Positions 1 to 8,843 of a DNA stretch of 64,000 nt are shown here, piece by piece. Below the pieces are notes generated by a model that was not told the DNA's origin, made no database searches, and worked only from the letters and a program-made list of their open reading frames with translations. How positions within the stretch are numbered: the stretch's first letter is position 1; each line of letters starts with the position of its first letter. The position numbers were made by a program, and so were the translations under genes. The stretch is from Patescibacteria group bacterium (GTDB taxonomy: Bacteria; Patescibacteriota; Patescibacteriia; Patescibacteriales; UBA12465): NCBI GenBank assembly GCA_041651195.1, contig JBAZJR010000001.1, positions 71,601 through 135,600 of the forward strand, read 5' to 3'.

Positions 1-1095
1 CCGGATTATTTATCGACAGGCTCTTTGAGCGCCGGCGCCATCGGCTATGTCATTACCGGCTTTCGGGCAGTCGCCGATTGCCGCGTCGGCGATACGTTAA
101 CCGCTAATCAAGGAGTGGTAAACGCGGCGGCCGTGGAGCCCCTGCCAGGCTATAAAGAAGTCCGCCCGATGGTTTTTGCCGGCATTTTCCCGCGGGAAGG
201 CAATGATTTCAAGGAATTGCGCGAGGCGATGGAAAAATTGAAACTGAATGACGCCGCCTTAGCTTATGAACCGGAGCGTTCCGATGCCCTGGGCTTCGGT
301 TTCCGTTGCGGCTTTTTGGGCCTCCTGCATTTAGAGGTTTTTCAGGAAAGATTGCGGCGCGAGTATGATCTGGATCTTATCGTGACCGTCCCCAGCGTCG
401 CTTATAAAGTTCTGAAGTCTAACGGGGAAGAGTTGATCATCCGGACGCCGCAACGCCTGCCGGATCCCAATGAGGTCGACATCATCGAAGAGCCCTGGGT
501 CAGATTAGACATCGTCACCCCGAAAAATTACCTCGGCAATGTCATTAAACTCGCTCAGGAGAAACGGGGGGTCTATAAGAATACTGAGTATTTGTCCGCA
601 GAAGGCGATGATAGTCGGGTCTTGCTCCATTACGAAATACCTTTGTCCGCGATCTTGACCGATTTTTATGATAAGATAAAGAGCGTCTCCGCCGGCTATG
701 CCTCCATCAATTATGATTATCTAGATTATCGTCCGGCCGATGTCGTCAAGATGGATATCCTAGTAGCGGAAGATATTGTCGAATCGCTCGCGACGATCGT
801 CTATCGCGATGATGCCCAGCGCCAGGGGCGGGAGATCGTAGAGATCTTGAAGGATAATCTGCCGAAGCAGATGTTCGCCGTCAAGATCCAGGCTGCTCTC
901 GGCGGCAAAGTCATCGCGGCGGAAAAGCTTTCCGCCTTGCGTAAGGACGTGACCGCTAAGCTTTATGGCGGGGATGTCAGCCGGAAACGTAAACTTTTGG
1001 AGAAGCAGAAGAAGGGCAAGAAAAAGATGATGGCGGCCGGGAAGGGAAGCGTTGAGATTCCGCCGGATACTTTCGTTAAGATTTTAAAAAGATAA
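1..1095 (+). CDS. lepA: Elongation factor 4 (LepA), C-terminal portion; 5' end lies outside the window
   Basis: Frame 1 is open from base 1 (PDYLSTGSLSAGAIGYVITG...), so the track start at 25 is an internal TTG. The sequence follows LepA domains III-V and the LepA-type basic tail (KLYGGDVSRKRKLLEKQKKGKKKM...IPPDTFVKILK). Confidence 0.9.
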   Translation, partial: PDYLSTGSLSAGAIGYVITGFRAVADCRVGDTLTANQGVVNAAAVEPLPGYKEVRPMVFAGIFPREGNDFKELREAMEKLKLNDAALAYEPERSDALGFGFRCGFLGLLHLEVFQERLRREYDLDLIVTVPSVAYKVLKSNGEELIIRTPQRLPDPNEVDIIEEPWVRLDIVTPKNYLGNVIKLAQEKRGVYKNTEYLSAEGDDSRVLLHYEIPLSAILTDFYDKIKSVSAGYASINYDYLDYRPADVVKMDILVAEDIVESLATIVYRDDAQRQGREIVEILKDNLPKQMFAVKIQAALGGKVIAAEKLSALRKDVTAKLYGGDVSRKRKLLEKQKKGKKKMMAAGKGSVEIPPDTFVKILKR

Positions 1096-1210
1096 TTTAT
1101 GAAAAGAAGGAAAGTGATCAAGATTGTCTGGACCATCATTTCTTTTTTCGTGGTGGTTTCTATGGTGGCTTGGACCGCTCTGGTCGGTTTTATTTATTAA
1201 TCATATCGCG

Positions 1211-2992
1211 ATGAAAAGATGGCAGATCGCGCCTCAGATGCCGGCCGGCCTCCGGCTGGAACGCCCGGATCTTGATCCGGTCATCTTGCAATTGCTGTTT
1301 AATCGCGGTTTGGCGACCGCTTCTGATATCCAGGCTTTTTTTGCCGACGCCGCCTATCATGATCCTTTCTTGTTCAAGCATATGGCCGCGGCCGTCGACC
1401 TGATCATCGCGCATATCAAGGCTGGCGACAAGATCGTCGTTTACGGCGACTATGATGCCGACGGCGTCACTTCCGCCGTCATCTTGTTAGAAACTTTAAA
1501 TATCCTGCACGGGAAGGCGGAAGTCTATCTGCCGGATCGGGTTTCTGAAGGCTATGGCTTGAACCGGGCCGCGATCGATCAGATCGCCGCCCGAAGCTTC
1601 AAGCTGCTGATCACGGTCGATAACGGCATCCGCAATAAGGCGGAAGTCGTTTATGCGCAAGGCCTGGGGCTGGATATTATTATTACTGACCATCATGTCT
1701 TGCCGGAATCAGAAGCGGATCTGCCCCCTTGCCCTTATATTAATCCCGCTGATCCCCGCGATAATTACCCTTGGAAATTATTGGCCGGCGTGGGAGTCTC
1801 TTTTAAATTGATCAGCGCGCTTTTAGCCAAAGCCGACTTGCCGGATAAGCAGAAAAAAATGATCAGCGAAAAATGCTTGGATCTCGTCGCGATCGGCACG
1901 GTTTCGGATATGGTCAGCCTCTTGGGCGAGAATCGCCAGCTAGTGAAACATGGCTTAGAGATCTTGAACCAGTATAAGCGCCTCGGGCTCAATGAATTGA
2001 TCAAGGTCGCGAAGATAAACAGCGGCCGGAAGCTGGAAGCCTGGAATATCGGCTGGCAGATCGGTCCGCGCCTCAATGCCGCCAGCCGCCTAGCCCATGC
2101 TAATAGTGCTTTTTCCTTGCTGACGACCACTGATCCGTCGGAAGCGAAGGAATTGGCGGGTGAGCTCAATCAGCGCAATATCAGCCGCCAGCAGATTACC
2201 GAGGAAATCGCCGCCGCCGTAGAGGCGCAGATTGATCCCCAGAATTTGCCGCTGGTGATTTTCGGCGTAGCCGGACCGGATCAGGTCTGGAATGAGGGCG
2301 TCGTTGGCCTGGTCGCTGGTCGGATCGCGGAAAAATATTATCGGCCGACCTTGATCGTGGCGCGTTTAGTGGAGGAAGCTGAGTTCGACCCAGCTACTAA
2401 GAAATTGGCCGCCAAGAAAGTCGCCTTCAAAGGCTCCGGCCGGTCGGTTGAAGAATTCAATCTGATCGCTGCCGTGGAAGAGGGCGCCGAATTCTTAGAT
2501 AAATACGGCGGCCATCCGATGGCTTGCGGGTTTTCCATCAAGACGGAAGAAAATTTGCGCGCTTTTCAGGCAAAATTATTAGCTTTAGCCGCGGCCAGCT
2601 TGGATCCGGCCGCGCTCGTGCCGAAATTACAGATCGAGGCGGAGTTGCCAGCGGCGGACATCAATCTTAGTTTGGCGGAGAGCATTAACTCGCTCGCTCC
2701 TTTCGGCCAGAATAATCCCCAGCCCCGCCTCGTGAGTTATGCTTTGCGCATCGACGATATCGTGACCATGGGCCTTGATAATCAGCATATTAAATTTCGC
2801 CTTTCCGCCGCGGATCCGGCCGCGGGGACGATGGCTTCGGTTTGGGCCTTGGCCTTCGGCGCCGCTCAGAATTACCAAGGATTTCGGATCGGTGACCAGG
2901 TCGACTTGGTGTATTATTTAGAGATCAATGATTTTAACGGCCGGCGGGAACCGCAACTGAAGATCGTGGATATCAAGCGGCATGGCGGTTAG
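1211..2992 (+). CDS. recJ: Single-stranded-DNA-specific exonuclease RecJ
   Basis: DHH-family motifs are present: VVYGDYDADGVTS, ITVDNG, IITDHH and DHHA1-like GGHPMACG. The track ORF begins at a TTG (1124) encoding a W/F-rich leader. The first ATG at 1211 (MKRWQIAP) is preferred. Confidence 0.85.
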   Translation: MKRWQIAPQMPAGLRLERPDLDPVILQLLFNRGLATASDIQAFFADAAYHDPFLFKHMAAAVDLIIAHIKAGDKIVVYGDYDADGVTSAVILLETLNILHGKAEVYLPDRVSEGYGLNRAAIDQIAARSFKLLITVDNGIRNKAEVVYAQGLGLDIIITDHHVLPESEADLPPCPYINPADPRDNYPWKLLAGVGVSFKLISALLAKADLPDKQKKMISEKCLDLVAIGTVSDMVSLLGENRQLVKHGLEILNQYKRLGLNELIKVAKINSGRKLEAWNIGWQIGPRLNAASRLAHANSAFSLLTTTDPSEAKELAGELNQRNISRQQITEEIAAAVEAQIDPQNLPLVIFGVAGPDQVWNEGVVGLVAGRIAEKYYRPTLIVARLVEEAEFDPATKKLAAKKVAFKGSGRSVEEFNLIAAVEEGAEFLDKYGGHPMACGFSIKTEENLRAFQAKLLALAAASLDPAALVPKLQIEAELPAADINLSLAESINSLAPFGQNNPQPRLVSYALRIDDIVTMGLDNQHIKFRLSAADPAAGTMASVWALAFGAAQNYQGFRIGDQVDLVYYLEINDFNGRREPQLKIVDIKRHGG

Positions 2993-3010
2993 CAGCCTAA
3001 ATATTAAAAT

Positions 3011-3412
3011 ATGAAATTAATCATCTATACCGACGGCGGAGCGCGCGGCAATCCCGGTCCAGCTGGGATCGGCGCCGTCCTGTATGACAGCGAACGACGC
3101 GTCGTCGCGGAAATTTCCGAATATCTGGGAATCGCGACTAATAATCAGGCCGAATATCGCGCCCTCGTCGCGGCTTTCCAAAAAGCCCAGGCTCTGGGCG
3201 CGACCGAACTGGAATGTTATCTGGATAGCGAACTCGTGGTTCGGCAGCTGAATCGCGAATATAAAGTTAAGAACAAAGACTTAGCGCCTTTGTTCTTGAC
3301 TATCCATAATCTCTCGTTAAATTTCCAGAAGATTACTTACACCCATATTCCGCGGGAGCAGAACGCGGCCGCTGATCGGCTGGCGAATGAAGCTATGGAT
3401 CGGGGGCGCTAA
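3011..3412 (+). CDS. rnhA: Type-1 ribonuclease H (RNase HI-like)
   Basis: 133 aa. MKLIIYTDGGARGNPGPAGIG...NNQAEYRALV...DSELVVRQL...NAAADRLAN fits the acidic-residue pattern of RNase H type 1. Confidence 0.75.
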   Translation: MKLIIYTDGGARGNPGPAGIGAVLYDSERRVVAEISEYLGIATNNQAEYRALVAAFQKAQALGATELECYLDSELVVRQLNREYKVKNKDLAPLFLTIHNLSLNFQKITYTHIPREQNAAADRLANEAMDRGR

Positions 3413-3433
3413 GGGCGGATAAAATTAAGGCCA

Positions 3434-3458
3434 AAAAAACCGCGTTAGGCGGTTTTTT
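3434..3458. terminator. Bidirectional rho-independent terminator between convergent rnhA and the por/pilin operon
   Basis: aaaaaaccgc / gttag / gcggtttttt forms a 10-bp stem with a 5-nt loop. An A-tract on one side and a T-tract on the other let it terminate both strands. Confidence 0.7.
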
Positions 3459-3480
3459 GTAGAGATTTTGCGCTTTAAAG

Positions 3481-4785
3481 CTAATAGACGTGTATATGGC
3501 CGCCAGTCGTATAGGTTGTTTTCGTGCCATTGCAATCGGTGTATTCATTCAATACGCGGAGGCCGGCATTCTGGAGGATCGTAATCAATTTATTGACGTT
3601 AGCACAGCTCTTATCGCCAGTCAGTCCGACATCGACGCAGGCGCCGTTATAATGGCAAGCGCTTCGATGCGTAGAAGAGGGCGGATAAGCCTCGGTGACG
3701 CGCCAGGCGACGCCGTTTGACCCAGCCCAGGCGCTCTTCAGTTTATCGTTCAGAGCCGTATTGAGTTTATTGCCATTTTTATAAGGAATATTGTTATCTA
3801 AAATTACGCAATTTTCACAATCCTTAGTATTATTGGGGTTGCCGTCATTAGAGAGCGGTTCCAGATCGACCTCTTTGATTGAGCCGATCGATATTGATTT
3901 AAGCTGTACTAGATCGGGGTTGATTTCGAATAAGATCAGGTAGGAAGAAAAAAGGATGACGAGCCCAGTCACGCTGCCAGCGATTAGTTCTTTCGCCCGG
4001 GTGGTTTTTGAGGCATCGCCGCCGGAGATAAGCCACAAGACTCCGCCGGCCATCAGGGTTATCGCCGCAAGGATGCCAGCGATACTCAACCCATAATTAT
4101 AAATCGCTAAGATATATTCGGATAGCCAAGGGATCTCCACTTGGTAGCTGCCGTCTTGATTGGCTGTATATTTTATTGAGCTGGAAGGGGTGAGAGTCAG
4201 GCCCGGGATAGCTATTTGCAGTTCCGGCATAGTAAATTTAGGCGGAGTAGATGGCGTGACCGTCGGGGGCGTCGTCGCGGTTTTAGTGCAGCAACAGCTT
4301 GGCTCAATCGCCTCGCCATTCATGATTTTCGCGGCCGGCCGTTCGCCAGGACAATTATTGCTTTCTTCTTTGACTTCGCCATTATTACAGCTGCCGAACG
4401 AGCGCCAGACGCAATTTCCTAGGGAGTTTTTCGGCACGCAGCGGTTATTCTGCGCTTTAAAATCCTGATAGAAAACGGTAGCAGCATAGGTAATGCTTTT
4501 ACATTTTTCGCCGGTCAAGTCTTCGGTTGTCACGTTATTCTGTTTGTCTGTTTTTTCACAGCAGCCAGCGACTTCTGCGGCGCAGCAACATTTTACCGTC
4601 GTGCCGGATGGCTTGACGGTAGCCTGGCAATTTGCACTATTGTCGCTCAAGCTCCAGGCGTTAGTTTTGCCGATCTCGCTACATTCGTTATTAAGCACCC
4701 ACATACAATTAGCGAGCGCCTGTATTGGCAGGGAGAGGAAGAAGCCTAAGGCTAGGCCGAGTTTTAGATATTTTAGTACTTTCAT
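3481..4785 (-). CDS. Exported Cys-rich protein with TrbC/VirB2-type pilin-like hydrophobic hairpin and C-terminal M15-type (hedgehog/DD-peptidase fold) zinc peptidase-like domain
   Basis: Signal peptide MKVLKYLKLGLALGFFLSLPIQALA. Two Cys-rich modules each end in a CCC triplet (VKCCCAAE, PSCCCTKT), followed by a P/T linker. The two-helix core AIYNYGLSIAGILAAITLMAGGVLWLISGGDASKTTRAKELIAGSVTGLVILFSSYLILFEINPDL resembles T4SS pilins. The C-terminus has SACHYNGACVDV (S-x-H-x-x-G-x-x-D) plus GGHIHV (H-x-H). Domain calls rest on motif recognition only. Confidence 0.55.
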   Translation of the reverse strand: MKVLKYLKLGLALGFFLSLPIQALANCMWVLNNECSEIGKTNAWSLSDNSANCQATVKPSGTTVKCCCAAEVAGCCEKTDKQNNVTTEDLTGEKCKSITYAATVFYQDFKAQNNRCVPKNSLGNCVWRSFGSCNNGEVKEESNNCPGERPAAKIMNGEAIEPSCCCTKTATTPPTVTPSTPPKFTMPELQIAIPGLTLTPSSSIKYTANQDGSYQVEIPWLSEYILAIYNYGLSIAGILAAITLMAGGVLWLISGGDASKTTRAKELIAGSVTGLVILFSSYLILFEINPDLVQLKSISIGSIKEVDLEPLSNDGNPNNTKDCENCVILDNNIPYKNGNKLNTALNDKLKSAWAGSNGVAWRVTEAYPPSSTHRSACHYNGACVDVGLTGDKSCANVNKLITILQNAGLRVLNEYTDCNGTKTTYTTGGHIHVY

Positions 4786-5654
4786 AACTTATAACGCTTA
4801 ATATTCGCGTTTGCCGCCGCCTGGATAGAGGCGATTTCCGTTGCCTTTAAATGTTTGAAGCGCCCCTGTTTTTTTAAATATTCTTCGACGGGCCGAGCCT
4901 GGAAATCAGGCTTGATGCTGGAAGAGACAAGCTGTCCGCTTACATATTCTAAGAGCGGATAAAGCCCAGTTTGGACGGCTAGTTTGCCCATCGTTACAGC
5001 CTCATCGTTATTTATTTTCCAGCCCGGGATGCAGGGCGAGAGGATCTGGAGATAGCTCGGGCCATCTGTCGCCAGAGCTTTTTTTACTTTAGCCGTGATG
5101 TCATCCGGCCAGCCGGCGGTTGACTGGGCGGCATAGCGGACGCCGTGCGCCAAAGCGATCGCCAGCATGTCTTTCTTGGCCTGGGTGGAGCCGATGGCGG
5201 CTGATCCGTCCGGCGTCGTCGTGGTGCTCGCGCCGTAAGGTGTCGCGCCCGAAGCTTGGATGCCGGTGTTAGAATAAGCTTCGGTATCATAACAGATATA
5301 CAAGATATTCTCGCCCCGTTCCCACATGCCGCTGATGAGCCCGATCCCGATATCGTAAGTCCCGCCGTCGCCGCCCTGGACGACGACCTTGGTCTTGGTG
5401 TCGCCTTTCTGTTTCAGGGCTGCTTTGATGCCGGAAGCGACCGAGGCCGCGTTTTCAAATAGGGAATGGATCCATGGGAGCCCCCAGGCGCTTTGCGGAT
5501 AAGCGGTCGTCGTCACTTCTAAACAACCGGTCGCGTTGGCGATGATGACGTCTTTATTAAGCCCTCGCATCACCGCTTGCGCCGCCACAAGCTGGCCGCA
5601 GCCGGCGCAGGCGTTATGGCCGGGGGAGAGAAAGTTATTTTTATCTATACCCAT
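4782..5654 (-). CDS. porB: Pyruvate/2-oxoacid:ferredoxin oxidoreductase beta subunit (TPP-binding)
   Basis: HNACAGCGQ near the N-terminus, the TPP-binding GDGGTYDIG motif, and a size typical of PorB. Its stop overlaps the start of the next ORF (4785) by 4 nt. Confidence 0.9.
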   Translation of the reverse strand: MGIDKNNFLSPGHNACAGCGQLVAAQAVMRGLNKDVIIANATGCLEVTTTAYPQSAWGLPWIHSLFENAASVASGIKAALKQKGDTKTKVVVQGGDGGTYDIGIGLISGMWERGENILYICYDTEAYSNTGIQASGATPYGASTTTTPDGSAAIGSTQAKKDMLAIALAHGVRYAAQSTAGWPDDITAKVKKALATDGPSYLQILSPCIPGWKINNDEAVTMGKLAVQTGLYPLLEYVSGQLVSSSIKPDFQARPVEEYLKKQGRFKHLKATEIASIQAAANANIKRYKL

Positions 5655-5657
5655 AAA

Positions 5658-6779
5658 TTATTCACATTTACATTCGACATAAATATCGCTAGTGCCCAAG
5701 ATCCAATTGAATCCCCAGGCGGTAAGATCATTCAAAGAATTGCATTTTATCTTGTTCCCACTTATGTAAGTAAAAATTTGATCGGTGACGCTGTTGTCGT
5801 AAGCTTCTGAATCAGGGGCGTAAGAATTGCAATCACCATGCGTGCTGCCACACTTGCCGTTGCTATCTGCGCATTCGTAATCCCCCATATTATCCGTACA
5901 TTTCTCTCCAATTTGCAGGCAAGGCATGCACTTACTATAATTAGCGCTACCATCTTTCTTAACCGTTTTACAATAACCGCTTACGCCGGTACTTTGTATG
6001 TAGCAATCTGAACCCTCTTCTTTAAAGGCATTTCCAGTAGTCCCTTTTAGACAGGCGAGCATAGCGTCTCCGTCTGCCGCTGGAATGTCATATTTATTCC
6101 GGCAACAACAATCATATAATTGACCGGTTGGACAAGCGTTAGTCGGCATTGCTCCGATATTATCGAGACAATAATCTTGTTTATTGCTTCTCCATTGGCT
6201 GGTCGCCTGGATCGCATCATGACCGCCGCCGCCTTCGCATTTTTGTCCCACCGGCACGCAGCGCCATTGGCATTCTATTCCTTCTAGAGTGACGACATTA
6301 ATAACCTTGGTTTTGAGAATTTGAAGCTGCAACAGATCCGGGTTGATCGTATTTAAGATGACCCAGGAACTGAAGAGGATGACCAGGCCGGTGATGCTGC
6401 CGGAGATTAACTCTTTCGCCTGGGTGACTTTAGAGTCATTGCCGCCGGAAGTGAGCCAGAGGACGCCGCCGCCCATCAGGACGATAGCGGCCAAGATTCC
6501 GCCGATCATCAAGCCGTAATCGTATATGGCTTTGATATAGCGAGCTAGGAGGTCGCTGCTCATCACGCCATCTTTATAAGAGCCCACGGCCGTCGAAGCC
6601 TGATTTAATCCTGAGCCGGAAACCGGCAGCTGGACCTGCGGGTAATAGTCGAGCGGCGCAGGGTCAGCGGCCTTAGCTTCTTGGGGCGTCGCTAATATCG
6701 CCGTCGAGACCAAGGCGCCGCCCAGAGGGAAGGCTAAGGCGAGGATAAAAAGCAGTTTTAAGATCCTAAGCTTTTTCAT
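5658..6779 (-). CDS. Exported pilin-like (TrbC/VirB2-type hairpin) protein with C-terminal Cys-rich domain
   Basis: Signal peptide MKKLRILKLLFILALAFPLGGALVSTAILA. Hairpin AIYDYGLMIGGILAAIVLMGGGVLWLTSGGNDSKVTQAKELISGSITGLVILFSSWVILNTINPDL is clearly paralogous to the core of 3481-4785. The C-terminal ~200 aa are very Cys-rich and include CQWRC and DCCCRN. Confidence 0.55.
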   Translation of the reverse strand: MKKLRILKLLFILALAFPLGGALVSTAILATPQEAKAADPAPLDYYPQVQLPVSGSGLNQASTAVGSYKDGVMSSDLLARYIKAIYDYGLMIGGILAAIVLMGGGVLWLTSGGNDSKVTQAKELISGSITGLVILFSSWVILNTINPDLLQLQILKTKVINVVTLEGIECQWRCVPVGQKCEGGGGHDAIQATSQWRSNKQDYCLDNIGAMPTNACPTGQLYDCCCRNKYDIPAADGDAMLACLKGTTGNAFKEEGSDCYIQSTGVSGYCKTVKKDGSANYSKCMPCLQIGEKCTDNMGDYECADSNGKCGSTHGDCNSYAPDSEAYDNSVTDQIFTYISGNKIKCNSLNDLTAWGFNWILGTSDIYVECKCE

Positions 6780-7957
6780 ATAGGCTCGATAAATTTTAAA
6801 TAATCATTATTTTTTGGCGCATCCTTGATGATCCGGATCATCATCTTTTCCGTGACGTCCCGGCCGCCTAAGCCGACGATATAATTTTTTAGTCTTGTCT
6901 CTCGGGCGCTTCGTCCCGCGGCTGGCGCGGCGGCTAGGCTGGCGGCGATATCGCTAAAGAGCGGGCCGGCCTGGCCCAGGCTGATCGCCTTCTCGATGAC
7001 CGCGATATTTTTGGCTCCGATCAGCTGCTTCGCGATCTCAGTTGCCGGAAAAGGACGATAAACTTTTACCTTTAATAAGCCGACCTTATTGTCATTTTTG
7101 ATAGCGGACCGGATCGTCCCGACCATGGAGCCTAGGGCGACGATGATGGTCGCCGGTTTTTTTGAACCGTAATATTCAATCAGCCCATTGTCTATATTTC
7201 CTGTTCCCCGGAAAGCCATAGTTTTTTTTAAGGCTCGGTATTCTTTTGGGATGGCGGCCAGGCTGCCCTTTAGATCATCATGCAGATTTTCTCGGGTAGC
7301 CATATAATGCTGCGGCGTGAAAAAGGCGCCGAGCGTGACCGGGTCAGCTGGATTAAGATAAGTGCCGGCAGACGGCCGATAGGCGCCTAGATAGCGTTTA
7401 ATGATCTTGGCATCAGGGATCAAGACCGGCTCATAAGAATGAGTCAGGATAAAGCCGTCGACATTGATCATGACCGGCAGCCGCAAGGACTCGGCCAGTC
7501 TATAAGCCAAGATATGCTGATAGACCGCTTCTTGGTTATCCGCGGCGAATAATTGGATCCAGCCGGCATCGCGGACGCTCATGACATCGCTATGGTCGTT
7601 CCATATATTGATCGGCGCGGAAACGGCGCGATTGGCGCAAGTCATGACGACCGGCAGGCGCATCCCAGCGATATTATAAATCACTTCGGTCATCAGCAAT
7701 AAGCCCTGGGAACTGGTCGCGCTATAAGTCCGGACCCCGGTCGCGCTCGCCCCTAAGACGATAGAGGCGGCCGCAAATTCGCTTTCAGCGCGGACATATT
7801 CAAAATCTGCTTCGCCCCTCGCCTTGAGCTTGGCCAGATCTTCCACGATATGGGTCTGCGGCGTGATCGGATAGGCGGAGACGACTGCCGGACCGATATT
7901 CTTCACGGTCAAGGCGATAGCGCGCGAACCTTCCAGGATTTGTTTTTTCTTAGGCAT
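6776..7957 (-). CDS. porA: Pyruvate/2-oxoacid:ferredoxin oxidoreductase alpha subunit
   Basis: 393 aa. The N-terminus MPKKKQILEGSRAIALTVKNIGPAVVSAYPITPQTHIVE is typical of PorA. It lies in por gene order G-D-A-(insert)-B. Confidence 0.9.
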   Translation of the reverse strand: MPKKKQILEGSRAIALTVKNIGPAVVSAYPITPQTHIVEDLAKLKARGEADFEYVRAESEFAAASIVLGASATGVRTYSATSSQGLLLMTEVIYNIAGMRLPVVMTCANRAVSAPINIWNDHSDVMSVRDAGWIQLFAADNQEAVYQHILAYRLAESLRLPVMINVDGFILTHSYEPVLIPDAKIIKRYLGAYRPSAGTYLNPADPVTLGAFFTPQHYMATRENLHDDLKGSLAAIPKEYRALKKTMAFRGTGNIDNGLIEYYGSKKPATIIVALGSMVGTIRSAIKNDNKVGLLKVKVYRPFPATEIAKQLIGAKNIAVIEKAISLGQAGPLFSDIAASLAAAPAAGRSARETRLKNYIVGLGGRDVTEKMMIRIIKDAPKNNDYLKFIEPI

Positions 7958-8024
7958 GGTCTTGTTCCTAAATTATCTTTAAAAGATAGCCATCGTTAAT
8001 ATTTTTTATCCCTAATAATTATCT

Positions 8025-8300
8025 TTAATAATCATTTTCCATCTTAATCGCTTTGACCGGGCATTCTTTAGCGCATAAGGCGCAACCTTTACAATAGTTA
8101 TAATCGGTTATCGGTTTGAGCTGGTGGGATCCGGCGCGGGGGAGCATCTGGATGCAGTTTTCCGGGCAGATTTTCGCGCAGAGCGAACAGCCGATGCAGG
8201 CCTGATGATCAGTGACCGGCTTCTGCGTCCGCCAGCCGCCGGTCTTATTCGTGAGACTGGTATTAGCTCCCGCACTTAATTTTAATTTGGTTTTTTTCAT
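8025..8300 (-). CDS. porD: Pyruvate/2-oxoacid:ferredoxin oxidoreductase delta subunit (2x[4Fe-4S] ferredoxin)
   Basis: 91 aa with two CxxCxxCxxxCP motifs (CIGCSLCAKICP, CKGCALCAKECP). It overlaps the porG stop by 4 nt. Confidence 0.9.
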   Translation of the reverse strand: MKKTKLKLSAGANTSLTNKTGGWRTQKPVTDHQACIGCSLCAKICPENCIQMLPRAGSHQLKPITDYNYCKGCALCAKECPVKAIKMENDY

Positions 8301-8842
8301 AATTTGCTTTCGTAATCCTTAGTCGCCGCCAGGATATTTTTAGCGATGATCGCTTCGCTCTTATCAGCGAATTTTTCCGCGATCGCTTTCTTTAGCGACT
8401 CTAAGCTGATTAATCCGGTGTGTTTGGCAAAGGCGCCCAGGATGACAGTATTGACGATATTGCGCCCGAAGATCTCTAAGGCGATCTCCGTGGCTGGCGT
8501 AAAGTACAGATGCGGGAATCTGTTTTTTAATTCCGGCCATTTATTGTCCGCCGAATTGATGATGACCGTCGTTTTTTCGGTCGCGCCCCGGAAGACATCG
8601 GCTGAATCGATCAGCGTGGCGTCCTGGATGATCAGGATATCCGGTTCATAGATCTGTTCGCGGGTAATGATCGGCTGATCATCTATTCGCGCGTAAGCCT
8701 GGATCGGCGCGCCGGTCCTTTCCACGCCGAAATTAGGGAAGGCTTGCGCTTCGCGTCCCTCGTAAAAAGCGGCAATGGCGATGATTTCAGCCGCGGTCAC
8801 GACACCTTGCCCGCCTCGGCCGTGGATTCTGACATTTTCCAT
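8297..8842 (-). CDS. porG: Pyruvate/2-oxoacid:ferredoxin oxidoreductase gamma subunit
   Basis: 181 aa. RIHGRGGQGVVTAAEIIA is the characteristic gamma-subunit N-terminus. Confidence 0.9.
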   Translation of the reverse strand: MENVRIHGRGGQGVVTAAEIIAIAAFYEGREAQAFPNFGVERTGAPIQAYARIDDQPIITREQIYEPDILIIQDATLIDSADVFRGATEKTTVIINSADNKWPELKNRFPHLYFTPATEIALEIFGRNIVNTVILGAFAKHTGLISLESLKKAIAEKFADKSEAIIAKNILAATKDYESKL

Positions 8843-8843
8843 G

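Noticed and set aside
1124-1210. Track-proposed upstream starts (1124 recJ, 10392 leuS, 13715, 22275, 26569, 32893, 52363, 52754, 53488, 56089, 60710)
   Set aside because: Most are TTG/GTG or ATG codons that extend into the preceding gene or into a tRNA (60710), and they add non-conserved residues. Downstream in-frame ATGs match family N-termini or have SD sequences, so they were used instead.
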